NCBI GenBank assembly: GCA_036676235.1
Contig: JAKFDI010000011.1
Location: 171,849-235,848, forward strand
Source: Rhizobacter sp.
Lineage (GTDB): Bacteria; Pseudomonadota; Gammaproteobacteria; Burkholderiales; Burkholderiaceae_C
DNA length: 64,000 nt
Reading direction: 5' to 3'
This document shows positions 43,561-54,100 of this stretch, piece by piece. The notes beneath the pieces were generated by a model, which worked only from the letters and a program-made list of their open reading frames with translations, made no database searches and was not told the DNA's origin. A program made the translations under genes and the position numbers. The first letter of the stretch is position 1, and each line of letters opens with the position of its first letter.

Positions 43561-45633
43561 GTGCCCAGCCCCTTCTTCAATCTCTACAGCCACGGCTTCG
43601 TGCGCGTGGCCGTGGGTGTGCCGCGCATCCGCGTGGCCGATCCGCTGTTCAACGCCGGGCAGACCGCCGCGCTGATGGCCGATGCCGCGCAGGGCGGCGC
43701 CTCGCTCGCACTGTTTCCCGAACTCGGCCTCTCGGCCTACACCTGCGACGACCTCTTTCACCAGAGCGCCTTGCTCGAAGCCTGCAAGGCCGCGCTCGGC
43801 GTCGTGGTGCAGGCCTCGAAGGCATATGCGATCACCGCCGTGGTCGGCCTGCCGCTGCGCGTGGACCACTGCCTGTTCAACTGCGCCGCGGTGGTGCACG
43901 ACGGCCGTGTGCTCGGCGTCGTTCCCAAGACCTACCTGCCGAACTACGCCGAGTTCTACGAAGCCCGCCAGTTCAACCCGGCCGACGCCGCCGTGAGCGA
44001 CGAGGTGCTGCTGCTAGGCGAGCGGGTGCCCTTCGGCGCGCAACTGCTGTTCGAGGCCGAGAACCTGCCGCTGCTCAAGTTCGCCGCCGAGATCTGCGAG
44101 GACGTGTGGGTGCCCATCCCGCCGTCGTCGTATGCCGCGCTCGCGGGGGCGACGGTGCTGCTGAACCTGTCGGCATCGAACATCACCATCGGCAAATCAC
44201 GCTACCGGCATCAGCTCGTGAGCCTGCAGTCGGCGCGCTCGCTCGCGGCCTATCTGTATTCGTCGGCCGGCATGGGCGAGTCGACGACCGATCTGGCCTG
44301 GGACGGGCAGGCCATCGTCTGCGAGAACGGCGAACTGCTGGCCGAGTCGAAACGCTTCGTCGACGAATCGCATCTCATTACCGCCGACATCGACCTGCAG
44401 CGCCTCGCCCACGAGCGCATGCGCCAGACGAGCTTCGGCCAGTCGGCCGCGCGGCACCAGGCGCAGCTCGCGGGCTTCCGCACGGTGCGCTTCACGGCCC
44501 ACGTGCCGGCGGCCGAGGTGTTGCCGCTCGCGCGGCCGGTCGAGCGCTTTCCCTACGTGCCGGCCGATACCACGCAGCGCGACGAGCGCTGCGGCGAGGT
44601 CTACAACATCCAGGTGCAGGCGCTGGTGCAGCGGCTGTCGGCCGCGGGCATCACCAAGCTGGTGATCGGTGTCTCGGGCGGGCTGGATTCGACGCACGCG
44701 CTGCTGGTGTGCGCCAAGGCGATGGACCGCCTTGGCCTGCCGCGCACCAACATCCTCGGCTTCACGATGCCGGGCTTTGCCACCAGCGGGCGCACGCTCG
44801 ACCAGGCGCTGCGGCTGATGCAGGCGGTGGGCTGCAGCAGCCGGCAGATCGACATCCGCCCGAGCTGCGAGCAGATGCTGCACGACCTCGGCCATCCGTA
44901 CGCCGAGGGCCAGCCGGTCTACGACATCACCTTCGAGAACGTGCAGGCGGGCGAGCGCACCAGCCACCTGTTCCGCCTGGCCAACCACCACGGCGGCATC
45001 GTCGTGGGCACCGGCGACCTCTCCGAACTCGCGCTCGGCTGGTGCACCTACGGCGTGGGCGACCACATGTCGCACTACAACGTGAACGCCAGCGTGCCCA
45101 AGACGCTCATCAAGCACCTCGTGCGCTGGGTGGCCGACACGGGCCAGGTGGGCGAGGGCGGCAGCCAGGTGCTGCGCGACATCCTGGACACCGAAGTCAG
45201 TCCCGAGTTGGTGCCGGGCGACGCCACCGAGGACGACGACACCAAACAGCCGGCCCAGAGCACCGAGAGCGTGATCGGCCCATACGAGCTGCAGGACTTC
45301 AACCTCTTCTACACGCTGCGCTACGGCTTCCGCCCGTCGAAGGTGGCGTTCCTGTCGCATTCGGCGTGGCACGACGCCGCGGCCGGCGCCTGGCCCGAAG
45401 GCCCGGACGTGGCGCGCAATGCGTACGACATCGGCGCCATCAAGAAGCACCTGCGCACCTTCCTGTGGCGCTTCTTCAAGACCAGCCAGTTCAAGCGCTC
45501 GTGCGTGCCGAATTCGCCCAAGGTCGGCTCGGGCGGCTCGCTCTCGCCCCGCGGGGACTGGCGCGCGCCAAGCGATTCAGAGGCCACGGTCTGGCTGGCC
45601 GACTTGGGCACCGTGCCGGACGCCGCACCGTGA
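43561..45633 (+). CDS. nadE: Glutamine-dependent NAD+ synthetase (CN-hydrolase plus NadE domains)
   Basis: N-terminal nitrilase-like domain ([14 protein letters not shown]) and PP-loop [13 protein letters not shown] start chosen; the ORF opens at 43513. Confidence 0.9.
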   Translation: MPSPFFNLYSHGFVRVAVGVPRIRVADPLFNAGQTAALMADAAQGGASLALFPELGLSAYTCDDLFHQSALLEACKAALGVVVQASKAYAITAVVGLPLRVDHCLFNCAAVVHDGRVLGVVPKTYLPNYAEFYEARQFNPADAAVSDEVLLLGERVPFGAQLLFEAENLPLLKFAAEICEDVWVPIPPSSYAALAGATVLLNLSASNITIGKSRYRHQLVSLQSARSLAAYLYSSAGMGESTTDLAWDGQAIVCENGELLAESKRFVDESHLITADIDLQRLAHERMRQTSFGQSAARHQAQLAGFRTVRFTAHVPAAEVLPLARPVERFPYVPADTTQRDERCGEVYNIQVQALVQRLSAAGITKLVIGVSGGLDSTHALLVCAKAMDRLGLPRTNILGFTMPGFATSGRTLDQALRLMQAVGCSSRQIDIRPSCEQMLHDLGHPYAEGQPVYDITFENVQAGERTSHLFRLANHHGGIVVGTGDLSELALGWCTYGVGDHMSHYNVNASVPKTLIKHLVRWVADTGQVGEGGSQVLRDILDTEVSPELVPGDATEDDDTKQPAQSTESVIGPYELQDFNLFYTLRYGFRPSKVAFLSHSAWHDAAAGAWPEGPDVARNAYDIGAIKKHLRTFLWRFFKTSQFKRSCVPNSPKVGSGGSLSPRGDWRAPSDSEATVWLADLGTVPDAAP

Positions 45634-45732
45634 TGCAGTCGCCTTGACAAGCCCCCGGGCCTTGGAACCCAATCGCCCACCGGTCGAAACGGCCGCGCAC
45701 ACGAAGACATCGACAACGAAGAAGGGCAGCAA

Positions 45733-46266
45733 ATGGCACTCAATGCGTTCATGAAGATCGGCAAGGCCCAGGGCGAGGCGCGCCAGGGCAAGTACGGCGC
45801 AGCCGGCGACCGCTGGATCGAGATCCAGGACTGGGAGTGGGAAGTCGAGGCCGAGACGAGCTGGACCAAGGGTGGAGGCGCGAGTGTGGGCAAGCCCAAC
45901 CCCGGCAAGCTCAACTTCACACACTACTGGGACAAGTCCTCGCACCTGCTGCTCGGCTACATCTGCACCGGTACTGCCTTCGAGAACGTGACCCTCGAGA
46001 TGTGCAAGGGCACCGGCATGTCCAAAGATGGCCTGCCCGAGCCCTTCTTCACCATCACCATGAAGGAAGCGTTCATCACCAAGGTGAACAACGGCGCCGA
46101 CGAACAAGGCAACGTCGTGCAAAAGGTCGACCTGGTGTTCAAGGAGATCACCATCGACTACCGCGCCCAGGGCGAAGACAAGGCCAAGCCGGGCGCGCTG
46201 TCGCCGAAGGTGACCTTCAATTGGGACATCCCCGGCGGCCGGGCCTCGCCCTCGACTGGCGCCTGA
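45733..46266 (+). CDS. hcp: Type VI secretion tube protein Hcp (orphan copy)
   Basis: MALNAFMKIGKAQGEA...WIEIQDWEWEV...LNFTHYWDKSS...VTFNWD is co-linear with Hcp1-type proteins. About 177 aa. Confidence 0.85.
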   Translation: MALNAFMKIGKAQGEARQGKYGAAGDRWIEIQDWEWEVEAETSWTKGGGASVGKPNPGKLNFTHYWDKSSHLLLGYICTGTAFENVTLEMCKGTGMSKDGLPEPFFTITMKEAFITKVNNGADEQGNVVQKVDLVFKEITIDYRAQGEDKAKPGALSPKVTFNWDIPGGRASPSTGA

Positions 46267-46293
46267 GCGACGCCGGCGTTTCGTTTCCCAGAG

Positions 46294-46320
46294 CGGCTGC
46301 CCCGGCAGCCGTTTCTCTTT
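46294..46320 (+). terminator. Hairpin plus T-rich tract directly after hcp
   Basis: CGGCTGC-CCCG-GCAGCCG followed by TTTCTCTTT. Confidence 0.55.
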
Positions 46321-46374
46321 CTCGTGGCGCATCTGACGACATGCGCCGCTTCACCCGAACCCGAAGGAAGAACC

Positions 46375-46617
46375 ATGCGCAACGTACCCGACCCTGAAGA
46401 CGCATTCACGGCAAGGCTAGAGGACCTGAAGGCCCGATCGGTGCCTGCCAGCGAAATCGCCGCTGCCATCACCGTGCATGAGCGCCTGCGCACGGCGCAG
46501 GCCATCTGCCATTCGCTGGTGCCGGGCGGCTATTCGGAGTCAGCCATGGTGGCGCTGCTCAACGCGCTGACCGAACAGGCCGAGACCTTGCGCGCCGAAT
46601 CGGCGCGCGACCGGTAG
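46375..46617 (+). CDS. Hypothetical 80-aa protein, probably helical by composition
   Basis: ATG preceded by GAAGGAAG. Third-position usage is less GC-biased than in the core genes. No family recognised. Confidence 0.45.
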   Translation: MRNVPDPEDAFTARLEDLKARSVPASEIAAAITVHERLRTAQAICHSLVPGGYSESAMVALLNALTEQAETLRAESARDR

Positions 46618-46735
46618 CCGCACGACAGTGGTTGTCGCAGCGCCTCTGCGCGCGCGCTGCATCTCCTGATGCGTCCGCCCCGGGTTCCTGAAGTTCAGGG
46701 CGGCGGCGGTTCACTTCACGGAGCTTGAACAGCCT

Positions 46736-47110
46736 TCAGCGGCCATACGGACTCCGCAGCAGCGGATCGTTGGCCCCACCCGAGTGGCCGAGCGCCTGCA
46801 ACCGGTCGACAGTTCCCTGTAGGTGAGCCACCTCACGCTGCAACGCATCCACGTAGCCCACCGCAACCTGCGCATCGTTCCAGGCCTGGGCATGCACCGC
46901 TGACCGCCCCCAGCTCGTGAGCCAGAACAGGGCGAGGAGCACCGCCCGCGGAACGTGCCCGTCCCGGTTGTAGCGGTAGACCGTTCGAACTCCCACACCG
47001 AGCGTCCGCGCAACGCGCTTCGCCGGAGGTCTCCCGAGGTCATCGAGCATCGACTGCCAAGCTGGCAATGTCTTGGGTGCATGGTCGATCGACTGCAGCT
47101 GGATTTTCAC
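46736..47110 (-). CDS. HTH DNA-binding protein, phage-regulator-like
   Basis: AKRVARTLGVGVRTVYRYNRDG helix-turn-helix, followed by LLALFWLTSWGRS and a leucine-rich helix. GTG start with an AT-rich upstream region. A DUF3653-like assignment is a guess. Confidence 0.55.
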   Translation of the reverse strand: MKIQLQSIDHAPKTLPAWQSMLDDLGRPPAKRVARTLGVGVRTVYRYNRDGHVPRAVLLALFWLTSWGRSAVHAQAWNDAQVAVGYVDALQREVAHLQGTVDRLQALGHSGGANDPLLRSPYGR

Positions 47111-47282
47111 AGGCGACGCTCAACTCAGCCGGTCACCTGAAAAACTGACAATGTATATTATGTTTACTACAGGACGCGGGAACTGATTCAACCGGGCTCA
47201 CTACTGGATGCCAGCCCTACCGTTTGCGACCGCCGCTTCGACGGCCGCACCGCGCGGCCTCTCTGCGCGTGATCGCTTCTAC

Positions 47283-47714
47283 TCAGGACCCGATGACCTG
47301 CCACTCCCCGCCCGCCCCCGACAACTGCCGCACCTGCTGCGCGAGCGAGCCGAAGAGCCGGCCGGCCAGGCCTGTTTCCTCGCGGCCGAAGATGATGCGG
47401 TCGCAGTGCCAGTCGCGCGCGGCGAGCACGATGGTCGTCGCGCTGTGTCCCACGCGCACGCTGCTGGTGTAGCGCACGCCGGCCGCGTCGAGCAGCTGCT
47501 GCGCGTATTGCAGCTCCTCCGTGCCGGCGCATTGCTGCAGTTCCTCCAGCTCGCGCGTGCCGAAGAACATCGCCACGTGGCCCGACACCTTGGGCCGCAC
47601 GCGCAGCAGCCGCACCGTCGCCGGCTCTTCGCGGACCAAGCGCACGACCTCGTCGATGGCCGAGCGCGTGCGGGCCGGCTGCGCCGGATCGATGGGAACC
47701 AGAATGTTTCGCAT
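47283..47714 (-). CDS. Universal stress protein (UspA family)
   Basis: MRNILVPID...IIFGREETGLAGRLFGSLAQQV is the typical Usp ATP-binding C-terminus. GGAGG RBS. Confidence 0.85.
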   Translation of the reverse strand: MRNILVPIDPAQPARTRSAIDEVVRLVREEPATVRLLRVRPKVSGHVAMFFGTRELEELQQCAGTEELQYAQQLLDAAGVRYTSSVRVGHSATTIVLAARDWHCDRIIFGREETGLAGRLFGSLAQQVRQLSGAGGEWQVIGS

Positions 47715-47725
47715 GGGCACCTCCT

Positions 47726-48442
47726 TCAGGCGGCAGACTGGTTCGCGGGTTCGGCCGTGTCGCCCTGCTGCCGTTGCTGCTGGCGGCTGGTCAGCCACTT
47801 GCCGACCGCCACCACGGCCACCGCGCCGAGGGCCGGCACCACGGTGTGCAATGCATGCTGGTGCTCCGACCAGTCGGCGATGGAGGGATCGGTCATCGCC
47901 ATCTCGCCCGCCACCCAGCCGAGCAGCGCGGCGCCGAGCGTGATGATGACCGGGAAGCGGCCCATCAGCTTGAGGATCAGCGTGCTGCCGAAGATGATGA
48001 GCGGGATGCTGATGACGAGGCCGAACACCAGCAGCGGCACGTTGCCCTTGGCGGCGGCCGCGACGCCGACCACGTTGTCCAGGCTCATGATCAGATCGGC
48101 CACGACGATGGTCTTGATGGCGGCAGCGAGGTTGGAGTGGCTCGCCAGCTCGCCCTCGTCATCGTCGCTCTTGAGCAGGCCGACGCCGATCCACAGCAGC
48201 AGCGCCGCGCCCACGAGCTTCAGGTACGGCAGCGTGAGCAGGTAGACGGCGAAGAAGGTCAGCACGACGCGCAGCACGATGGCGCCGACGCTGCCGAAGA
48301 GGATGGCCTTCTTCTGCTGCGAAGGCTCGAGCGAGCGTGACGCCATCGCGATGACGACGGCGTTGTCGCCGCTCAGCACGATGTTGATCAGGATGATCTG
48401 CGACAGCGCGATCCAGAAGTCCGGACTGGACAGAAACGACAT
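47726..48442 (-). CDS. TerC family integral membrane protein
   Basis: LSGDNAVVIA and SLDNVVGVAA motif pair. GAGGAG RBS. Confidence 0.88.
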   Translation of the reverse strand: MSFLSSPDFWIALSQIILINIVLSGDNAVVIAMASRSLEPSQQKKAILFGSVGAIVLRVVLTFFAVYLLTLPYLKLVGAALLLWIGVGLLKSDDDEGELASHSNLAAAIKTIVVADLIMSLDNVVGVAAAAKGNVPLLVFGLVISIPLIIFGSTLILKLMGRFPVIITLGAALLGWVAGEMAMTDPSIADWSEHQHALHTVVPALGAVAVVAVGKWLTSRQQQRQQGDTAEPANQSAA

Positions 48443-48564
48443 GGTGTCTCCTCGAATGGAAGGTGGAACCGTCGCGGTTCCCCATTCCGTCGAGGCTACG
48501 GACCCAGGCTGTCGCCTTCCTGCCGGTGAGCTGTCGGTTGGTTGACAGCCAGCTGTCAGCTGGC

Positions 48565-49962
48565 TTACAGCGTGCGCAGCGGAAAGAACACGCTGAAGGT
48601 GTTGCCCACGCCGTCCGTGTCTTCTTCCAGCGTGATGCGCGCGCCGTGCAGCGTGGCGATCTCGCTCACGATGGCCAGGCCCAGGCCGCTGCCGTCCTCC
48701 TGCGTGCCGAGCAGGCGATGGAAGCGCTCGAAGATGCGGGCGCGTTCCTGCACCGGAATGCCGGGGCCGTCGTCGCTGATGGACAGGCGGCACTGGTCGC
48801 CTCCGCCCTGCCCCACCCGCACCGTCACCCGGCCGCCGGCGCGGCTGTAGCGGATGGCGTTATCGATGAGGTTGTTGATGAGCTCGCGCAGCCGGTCGCG
48901 GTCGGCGTTGATGGTCTGCGCGCCCTCTGCCCCCTCGAAGCCGAGGTCGATGCCTCGCTTGATCGCCTGCGGCACCCACTCCATGCTCACCTCCAGCGCG
49001 TAGGCGTTGAGGTCCAGCGGCTGCAGTTGCATCGAGTCGAGCGCGCCGGGCTCGTTGCGCGCCAGCGAAAGCAGCTGCTGCACGAGCCGCGACAGCCGGT
49101 CGGCGCTGAGGTAGAGCTGCGCGAGTGAATGGCGCACGTTCTCGGCATCGGTCTCGCGCAGCGCCAGTTCGATCTGCGCCTTCAGGCCGCTGACCGGCGT
49201 CTTGAGCTGGTGTGCGGCATCGGCGACGAAGCGGTTCTGAAAGTCGAAGGTCCGTTTCAGCCGCGCCATCAGCTCGTTGACCTCGTCGACCAGCGGGCGC
49301 ACTTCGCCGGGCACCGCATGCGTGTCGATCGGGCTCAGGTCCAGGTGCGAGCGGTCGGACACCGCGCGCCGCAGCCGCTGCAGCGGCGCGAGCCCGCGCG
49401 AGACGCCGAACCAGACCACCGCCGTGGCCATCACGATCAGCAGCAGTTGCGGCAACACCACCGTGGCGAGCATTTCCCATGCGAGGCGGCTGCGCTTGTT
49501 CAGCGTCTCGGCCACCTGCACCTGCACCAGCACCGGCGCCGCATCGGATGCGGTCTCGACCGGCATCCACGCCACCATCATGCGCACCGGCTCGCCGTGC
49601 ACCTCGTCGCGGTAGAAGCGCGTGCGCGCGGCCTGGGTGCCGCGCGGCGGCGGCATGTCCGCATCGCCGCCGAGCGGCGCACCGTCCTGCGCGGCGACAC
49701 GGTAGAAGATGAGATCGTCCTGGTCCAGCAGCAACACCTTGCTGGCCGCCTCGGAAAGGCCGAGCACGGGCTGGCCGCCGGCCAGTTTCACGTGCAGCGC
49801 GATCTCGCGGCCGATCTCGAGCAGCGCACGGTCGTAGGCAAGATTGGAGAAGCGCACCGAGTTCCACCAGGCCACGCCGGTGTCGAGCACCAGCAGCGCG
49901 GCGAGCGGCCCCAGCAGCCAGGCCAGCAGCTTGCGCTGCAGCCGCGGCTCAGGCTTGCGCAT
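48565..49962 (-). CDS. Two-component sensor histidine kinase (TctE/QseC-like, periplasmic sensor)
   Basis: Two TM segments, HAMP, HisKA (FVADAAHQLKTPV), HATPase (GSGLGLAIVSEIATLHG). Confidence 0.88.
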   Translation of the reverse strand: MRKPEPRLQRKLLAWLLGPLAALLVLDTGVAWWNSVRFSNLAYDRALLEIGREIALHVKLAGGQPVLGLSEAASKVLLLDQDDLIFYRVAAQDGAPLGGDADMPPPRGTQAARTRFYRDEVHGEPVRMMVAWMPVETASDAAPVLVQVQVAETLNKRSRLAWEMLATVVLPQLLLIVMATAVVWFGVSRGLAPLQRLRRAVSDRSHLDLSPIDTHAVPGEVRPLVDEVNELMARLKRTFDFQNRFVADAAHQLKTPVSGLKAQIELALRETDAENVRHSLAQLYLSADRLSRLVQQLLSLARNEPGALDSMQLQPLDLNAYALEVSMEWVPQAIKRGIDLGFEGAEGAQTINADRDRLRELINNLIDNAIRYSRAGGRVTVRVGQGGGDQCRLSISDDGPGIPVQERARIFERFHRLLGTQEDGSGLGLAIVSEIATLHGARITLEEDTDGVGNTFSVFFPLRTL

Positions 49963-50623
49963 CGGGGCGGTCCATGAGGTAGCCCATGCCGCGTACGGTG
50001 CGGATCTCGCAGCCGAGCGGCTCGAGCTTCTTGCGCAGCCGGTACACGTTGACCTCGATCGCGTTGTCGCCCACCTCGTCGCTGAAGCCGTAGAGGTGGT
50101 TGACCATCTGCTCCTTGCTGACCACACGGCCGGCACGCATCAGCAACAGCTCGAGTACCGCCAGTTCGCGCGGCGAAAGCTCCAGCGGCCGCTTGTCGTG
50201 GAAGACACGGCGGCCCACCGTGTCGAAGCGCAGCGCGCCGTGCTCCAGGAAGGGCGTGGAGTTGGTGCCGCGGCGCAGGAGCGCGCGCACGCGGGCTTCC
50301 AGCTCCGGCAGGTCGAAGGGCTTGGCGAGGTAGTCGTCCGCGCCCAGGTCGAGCCCGCGCACGCGGTCTTCCAGCGTGTCGAGCGCGGTGAGCATCAGCA
50401 CCGGCAGCGTCGCGCGGCGCGCACGCAAGCGGCGCAGCACGTCGAGGCCGTTCAGGCCCGGCAGGCCGATGTCGAGGATCGCGAGGTCGTAGATGCCGAG
50501 CGCGAGCGCATGATTTGCGTCCTCGCCGGTGGCGACGATGTCCACGGCATGCGCCGACTGGACAAGCGCCCGCGAGAGCGCGTCTGCGAGCACCTTGTCG
50601 TCTTCAACGAGCAATATGCGCAT
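49949..50623 (-). CDS. OmpR-family response regulator
   Basis: MRILLVEDD...ILDIGLPGLNG receiver plus winged-helix output (VEVNVYRLRKKL). 14-nt overlap with the kinase gene. Confidence 0.92.
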   Translation of the reverse strand: MRILLVEDDKVLADALSRALVQSAHAVDIVATGEDANHALALGIYDLAILDIGLPGLNGLDVLRRLRARRATLPVLMLTALDTLEDRVRGLDLGADDYLAKPFDLPELEARVRALLRRGTNSTPFLEHGALRFDTVGRRVFHDKRPLELSPRELAVLELLLMRAGRVVSKEQMVNHLYGFSDEVGDNAIEVNVYRLRKKLEPLGCEIRTVRGMGYLMDRPDAQA

Positions 50624-50775
50624 GGGATCGACAGCAAAGAAGCGGAGCGACCATGCTAACTGCCGCTCTGCACTGCACCGTCGAAGCGTGCAGTCTCTTC
50701 ATCCACTGTCGCAGTGGGCAGCCCGGGGTGGCTTCGAACGTCCGCCCTCGGCGCGGCCATCGGTCTGCCCTGTCC

Positions 50776-51101
50776 TCAATTGCCCGCCGTGTCGAGCGTC
50801 CAGTTCTGGTTATTGCCGCTGTTGCACGACCAGGTGATGAGTTCGGTGCCCTGAGTCATTGCGGAGTTCGGCACGTCGAGACAAGCCCCCGAGGCGCGGT
50901 TGCGCAGCACCGAGCCGTCCAGCATCCATTGCGTCGCGTCGCCCGCATTGCAGGCCACCTGCACCACCGGCCCGCCCGTGCTGATGGTGTTGCCCTGCGC
51001 CAGGCACAGGCCACTGTGCTTGAGCACGAACTGCAGATGGCCGTCGATGTTGTTCACGGCGAACTGCTCGTTGCCGGCCGTGCCGCAGGGCCACTGGATC
51101 G
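50776..51101 (-). pseudogene. Out-of-frame 3' remainder of the ricin-B lectin domain of the upstream lipoprotein gene
   Basis: Alternate frame reads IQWPCGTAGNEQF...LCLAQ...ATQWML...ACLDV...NQNWTL (beta-trefoil Q-x-W repeats). This continues a domain that begins in the main frame (SNLCVNIYGASTASGTQV). Confidence 0.75.
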
Positions 51102-54100
51102 CACCTGGGTGCCGCTGGCGGTCGAGGCGCCGTAGATGTTGACGCACAGGTTGCTGTGGTTCGAGCGGATGCGCAGGAGCGCGCTGGTGGTGTCGAGCGA
51201 GCGCACGTAGTCGGCCAGCGCGTTCAGGTCTGCCGTCGACAGTGCACCCGTGTTGCCGTGGCCGGAGGCGAACACCTGCGGCAATGTCGCGGCCTGGCCG
51301 TTGTGGAAGTAGGCCGATGCCGCCCAGCTGCCATACAGCGTGGGCGTGTCGAAGCCGACGCCCGCGAGCGGCACGCCGTTGCCCAGTCCCGATGAAACCT
51401 GGACCGTGCCCACGTCGTGCCGCAGCCCGTCTTGCATGGTGATGCCCGAATGGCAGCTCGCGCACTGTGCGTTCGCGAAGACCTGCCTGCCCAGCAAGGC
51501 GCTCGCGCTCAGGCTGCCGTCGGCATTGCGCGCCGGGCTGCGTGCGTAGCGCGAGAGCGAGCCGAGGTAGGCCGCCAGATCGTCGAGTGCCCCGCTCTTG
51601 CCGGCCTTGGGGGCGCCCAGCGGGTTCGCGGTCGCGGCGAAGTCGGCATTGCTCATGAAGCCGGTGCCGCCGAAGGAGCCGCGGATGTCGTTCTCGAAGT
51701 CCTGGACTTCGTCGAAGTTGGCGCTCCAGTGCAGGTTGCCGTGGCCCAGGCCCTGGCGGCCCTGCAGGCTGACGGTGCGGCGCAGGCCCTCGCCGCGCTG
51801 GGTGAAGTCCCACACCATGCCGTCGTCGCCGCCGTCGGCATGGCAGCTCGCGCAGGACATGTAGTTGTCGCGGCTCATGCGCCGGTCGGCGGCGTTGTAG
51901 AAGAGCTGCTTGCCGCGCAGGGCGGCGGCCGACAGCGGCTCCTGCGCCACGGTCGCGACCGTCTGCAGCAGCGTCGCCGCCCCACTCTGCCCGGACAGGA
52001 CCGCCGACACGTCGTGCACCGAGACCGAGCGCCCGAGGAAGTTGTTGGTGAACAGGCGCTGGCGGGCCGCATCGAGGTACAGCCCATGCGGCGCCGCGCC
52101 GACATCGGCGATCTCGCCGCGTATCGCGCGGCTGTAGGCGTCGACGATCGCGATGCGGTTGCCTTCCATCTGCGCGACGAAGATGTAGTCGCCGTTGGGT
52201 GCGAACAGCGCGGCGCGTGCGGGGGCACGATCGTCGAAGTCGAGCTGCTCGGCGAACACCTCGCTGGCCGTCTGCAGGTTCACCTGCGACAGGATGGAGC
52301 GCACGGTGCGGTCATGCTCCAGGTCTTGCCCGTCGCGATGGCGGCCGCGCACGATGTTGTCCTTCTTGGACGGCAGCACGGCACGCAGCCCGTCGGGCGA
52401 GATCACGACCTGGCTCAGGTAGTTCGGCACGCCGCGCGCGCGGCTTTCGTCGTCCGCCGTGGTGGTGTCCACCTGCAAGGCCACCGTCGCGCTGCTGGAC
52501 AGGGTCGTGAGGTTCACCTTGTGCAACTGCCCGCCCGTCATCATCGACTTGAAGCGCGTGACGTAGGCCGCTTGCGAATCGGCGCTCACGGCAATGCCGC
52601 GCACGGCGCCTGCGAGCACCAGCGTGCCGGTGGTGGCCCCGGTGGCCGGGTTGAAGCTGATCAGCGTCGACTTGTGCTCCAGCGTCAGCAGGCCCTTCGT
52701 GTGGTCAGGCGTGAAGACCACGCCATAGGGTCCGCTGCCGTAGGCCAGGGAGACGGTGGTCGAGGCGCTGCCGTCGGCCGCGTTGAGCGCGACCAGCTTG
52801 TCCTCGTCCTGCACCGTGACCCAGATGCGGCCATCCGGCCCCACGGCCAGGGTGCGTGGCTCACGCCCGACACGAACCTCCCAGCGCTTGGCCAGGGTCT
52901 GGGCATCGAGCGCAGTGACCGTGCCGCTGTCCGGGTTGAGGCTGTAGACGGTGCCGCCGTCGCCGCTGATGTTGGTGGTGTGAGTCGGCGCGTTCGCGGT
53001 TGGCGGCCGGATCACCGTCGTGGGGAAGCTGTAGTAGGTCTCCAGCCCCGCGGTGTTGCGCACGGTCAGCGTCACCGTGTAGTGGCCGGGTGCCGTGTAG
53101 TGGTAGCTGGCGTTCGGCTGGCTGGCGAACGACGTGTGCGTGCCGTCACCGAAGTTCCAGCTGTACTGCGCGCTGCCGCCGAGCACGGCGGGATCGAAGA
53201 CCAGCTGTCCGTTGACGAGCTTCGGCCCTGCCCCGAGCCCCGGGTCGCCGACGATGGGCAGCGCAGCCAACTGCGTCACGTCGCTGTCCTGCAGCACCCG
53301 GTTGTAGACGCGCACATCGGCCAGCGTTCCCTTGAAGAAGTCGGCGTTGCCCTCGATCTGGCCGAGCCGCTGGAAGCGATTGTTCAGGCCCAGCGCACCG
53401 GTTCGCCCGGTCGACGCGGTCTTCACGCCGTCGACATAGACGGCCTGCGCACCCGAGGCGGCATCGCGCGTCAGCACCACGTGGTGCCAGTTGCCGTCGT
53501 TGACGGCCGCGGCTGACCTCGTGCCGGGGTTGCTCGTGTTCGCGTCGCCCACCGACAGGTTCAGGCGACCGGCGTTGTCGATCCAGCCCCAGAACACATC
53601 GTCCGAGCCGCCCGTCTGGTCGCGCCCGAAGATGCCCGGCGCCGTCCACGGCACCGAGGTGCCGGCCTGTGTCGTCTTCATGTAGAAGCTGAGCGATGCA
53701 GTGCCGGCGAGCACGGAGGCGACCGAGTCGTCCGCGAGCGGCACGCCGCCGGTGCGCGGTGCGAAGTTCAGGCCGATGCTCTCGAACGCATCGCCGCCGC
53801 TCGTGGTGCCGTCGTTGTGGCCGACCGGATCGGCGAGCGTGCTCGCCAGGCTCCAGTGGTGCGACAAGCCGATGTTCACGGCATTGCCGGTGGTGAAGGT
53901 GGTGCGGAACTCGGCGCCGATGGCGTTGCCGGCGTAGTCCGTCACCCCGCCGGCCGGCAGTACGACTTCATACGTGGTGTTCGGCGCGAGCGGCTGGCTC
54001 GGCGCGAAGTTGATGATGCCCAGCTGCACGCTGTAGAAGCCCGCCAGCGCGGCGCCGCCCACGGGCCGAACGATGAAGGTGGCGGCGTTCACGCTGTCCG

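Noticed and set aside
45663-45676. Sigma-54-like motif TGGAACCCAATCGC upstream of hcp (T6SS genes are often RpoN-dependent).
   Set aside because: The GG-to-GC spacing is one nucleotide short of the -24/-12 register, and the -12 element is CGC rather than TTGC. This is not good enough to call.
48443-48564. A yybP-ykoY (Mn2+) riboswitch or alx-type leader upstream of the TerC-family gene.
   Set aside because: The region contains hairpins: GAATGG..GGAACCG/CGGTTCC..CCATTC, GCTGTC-N8-GACAGC and CCAGCTGTCAGCTGG. I could not recognise the conserved four-way-junction core of the family. The distal hairpins sit right after the kinase stop and are more simply its terminator. An Infernal scan would settle it.
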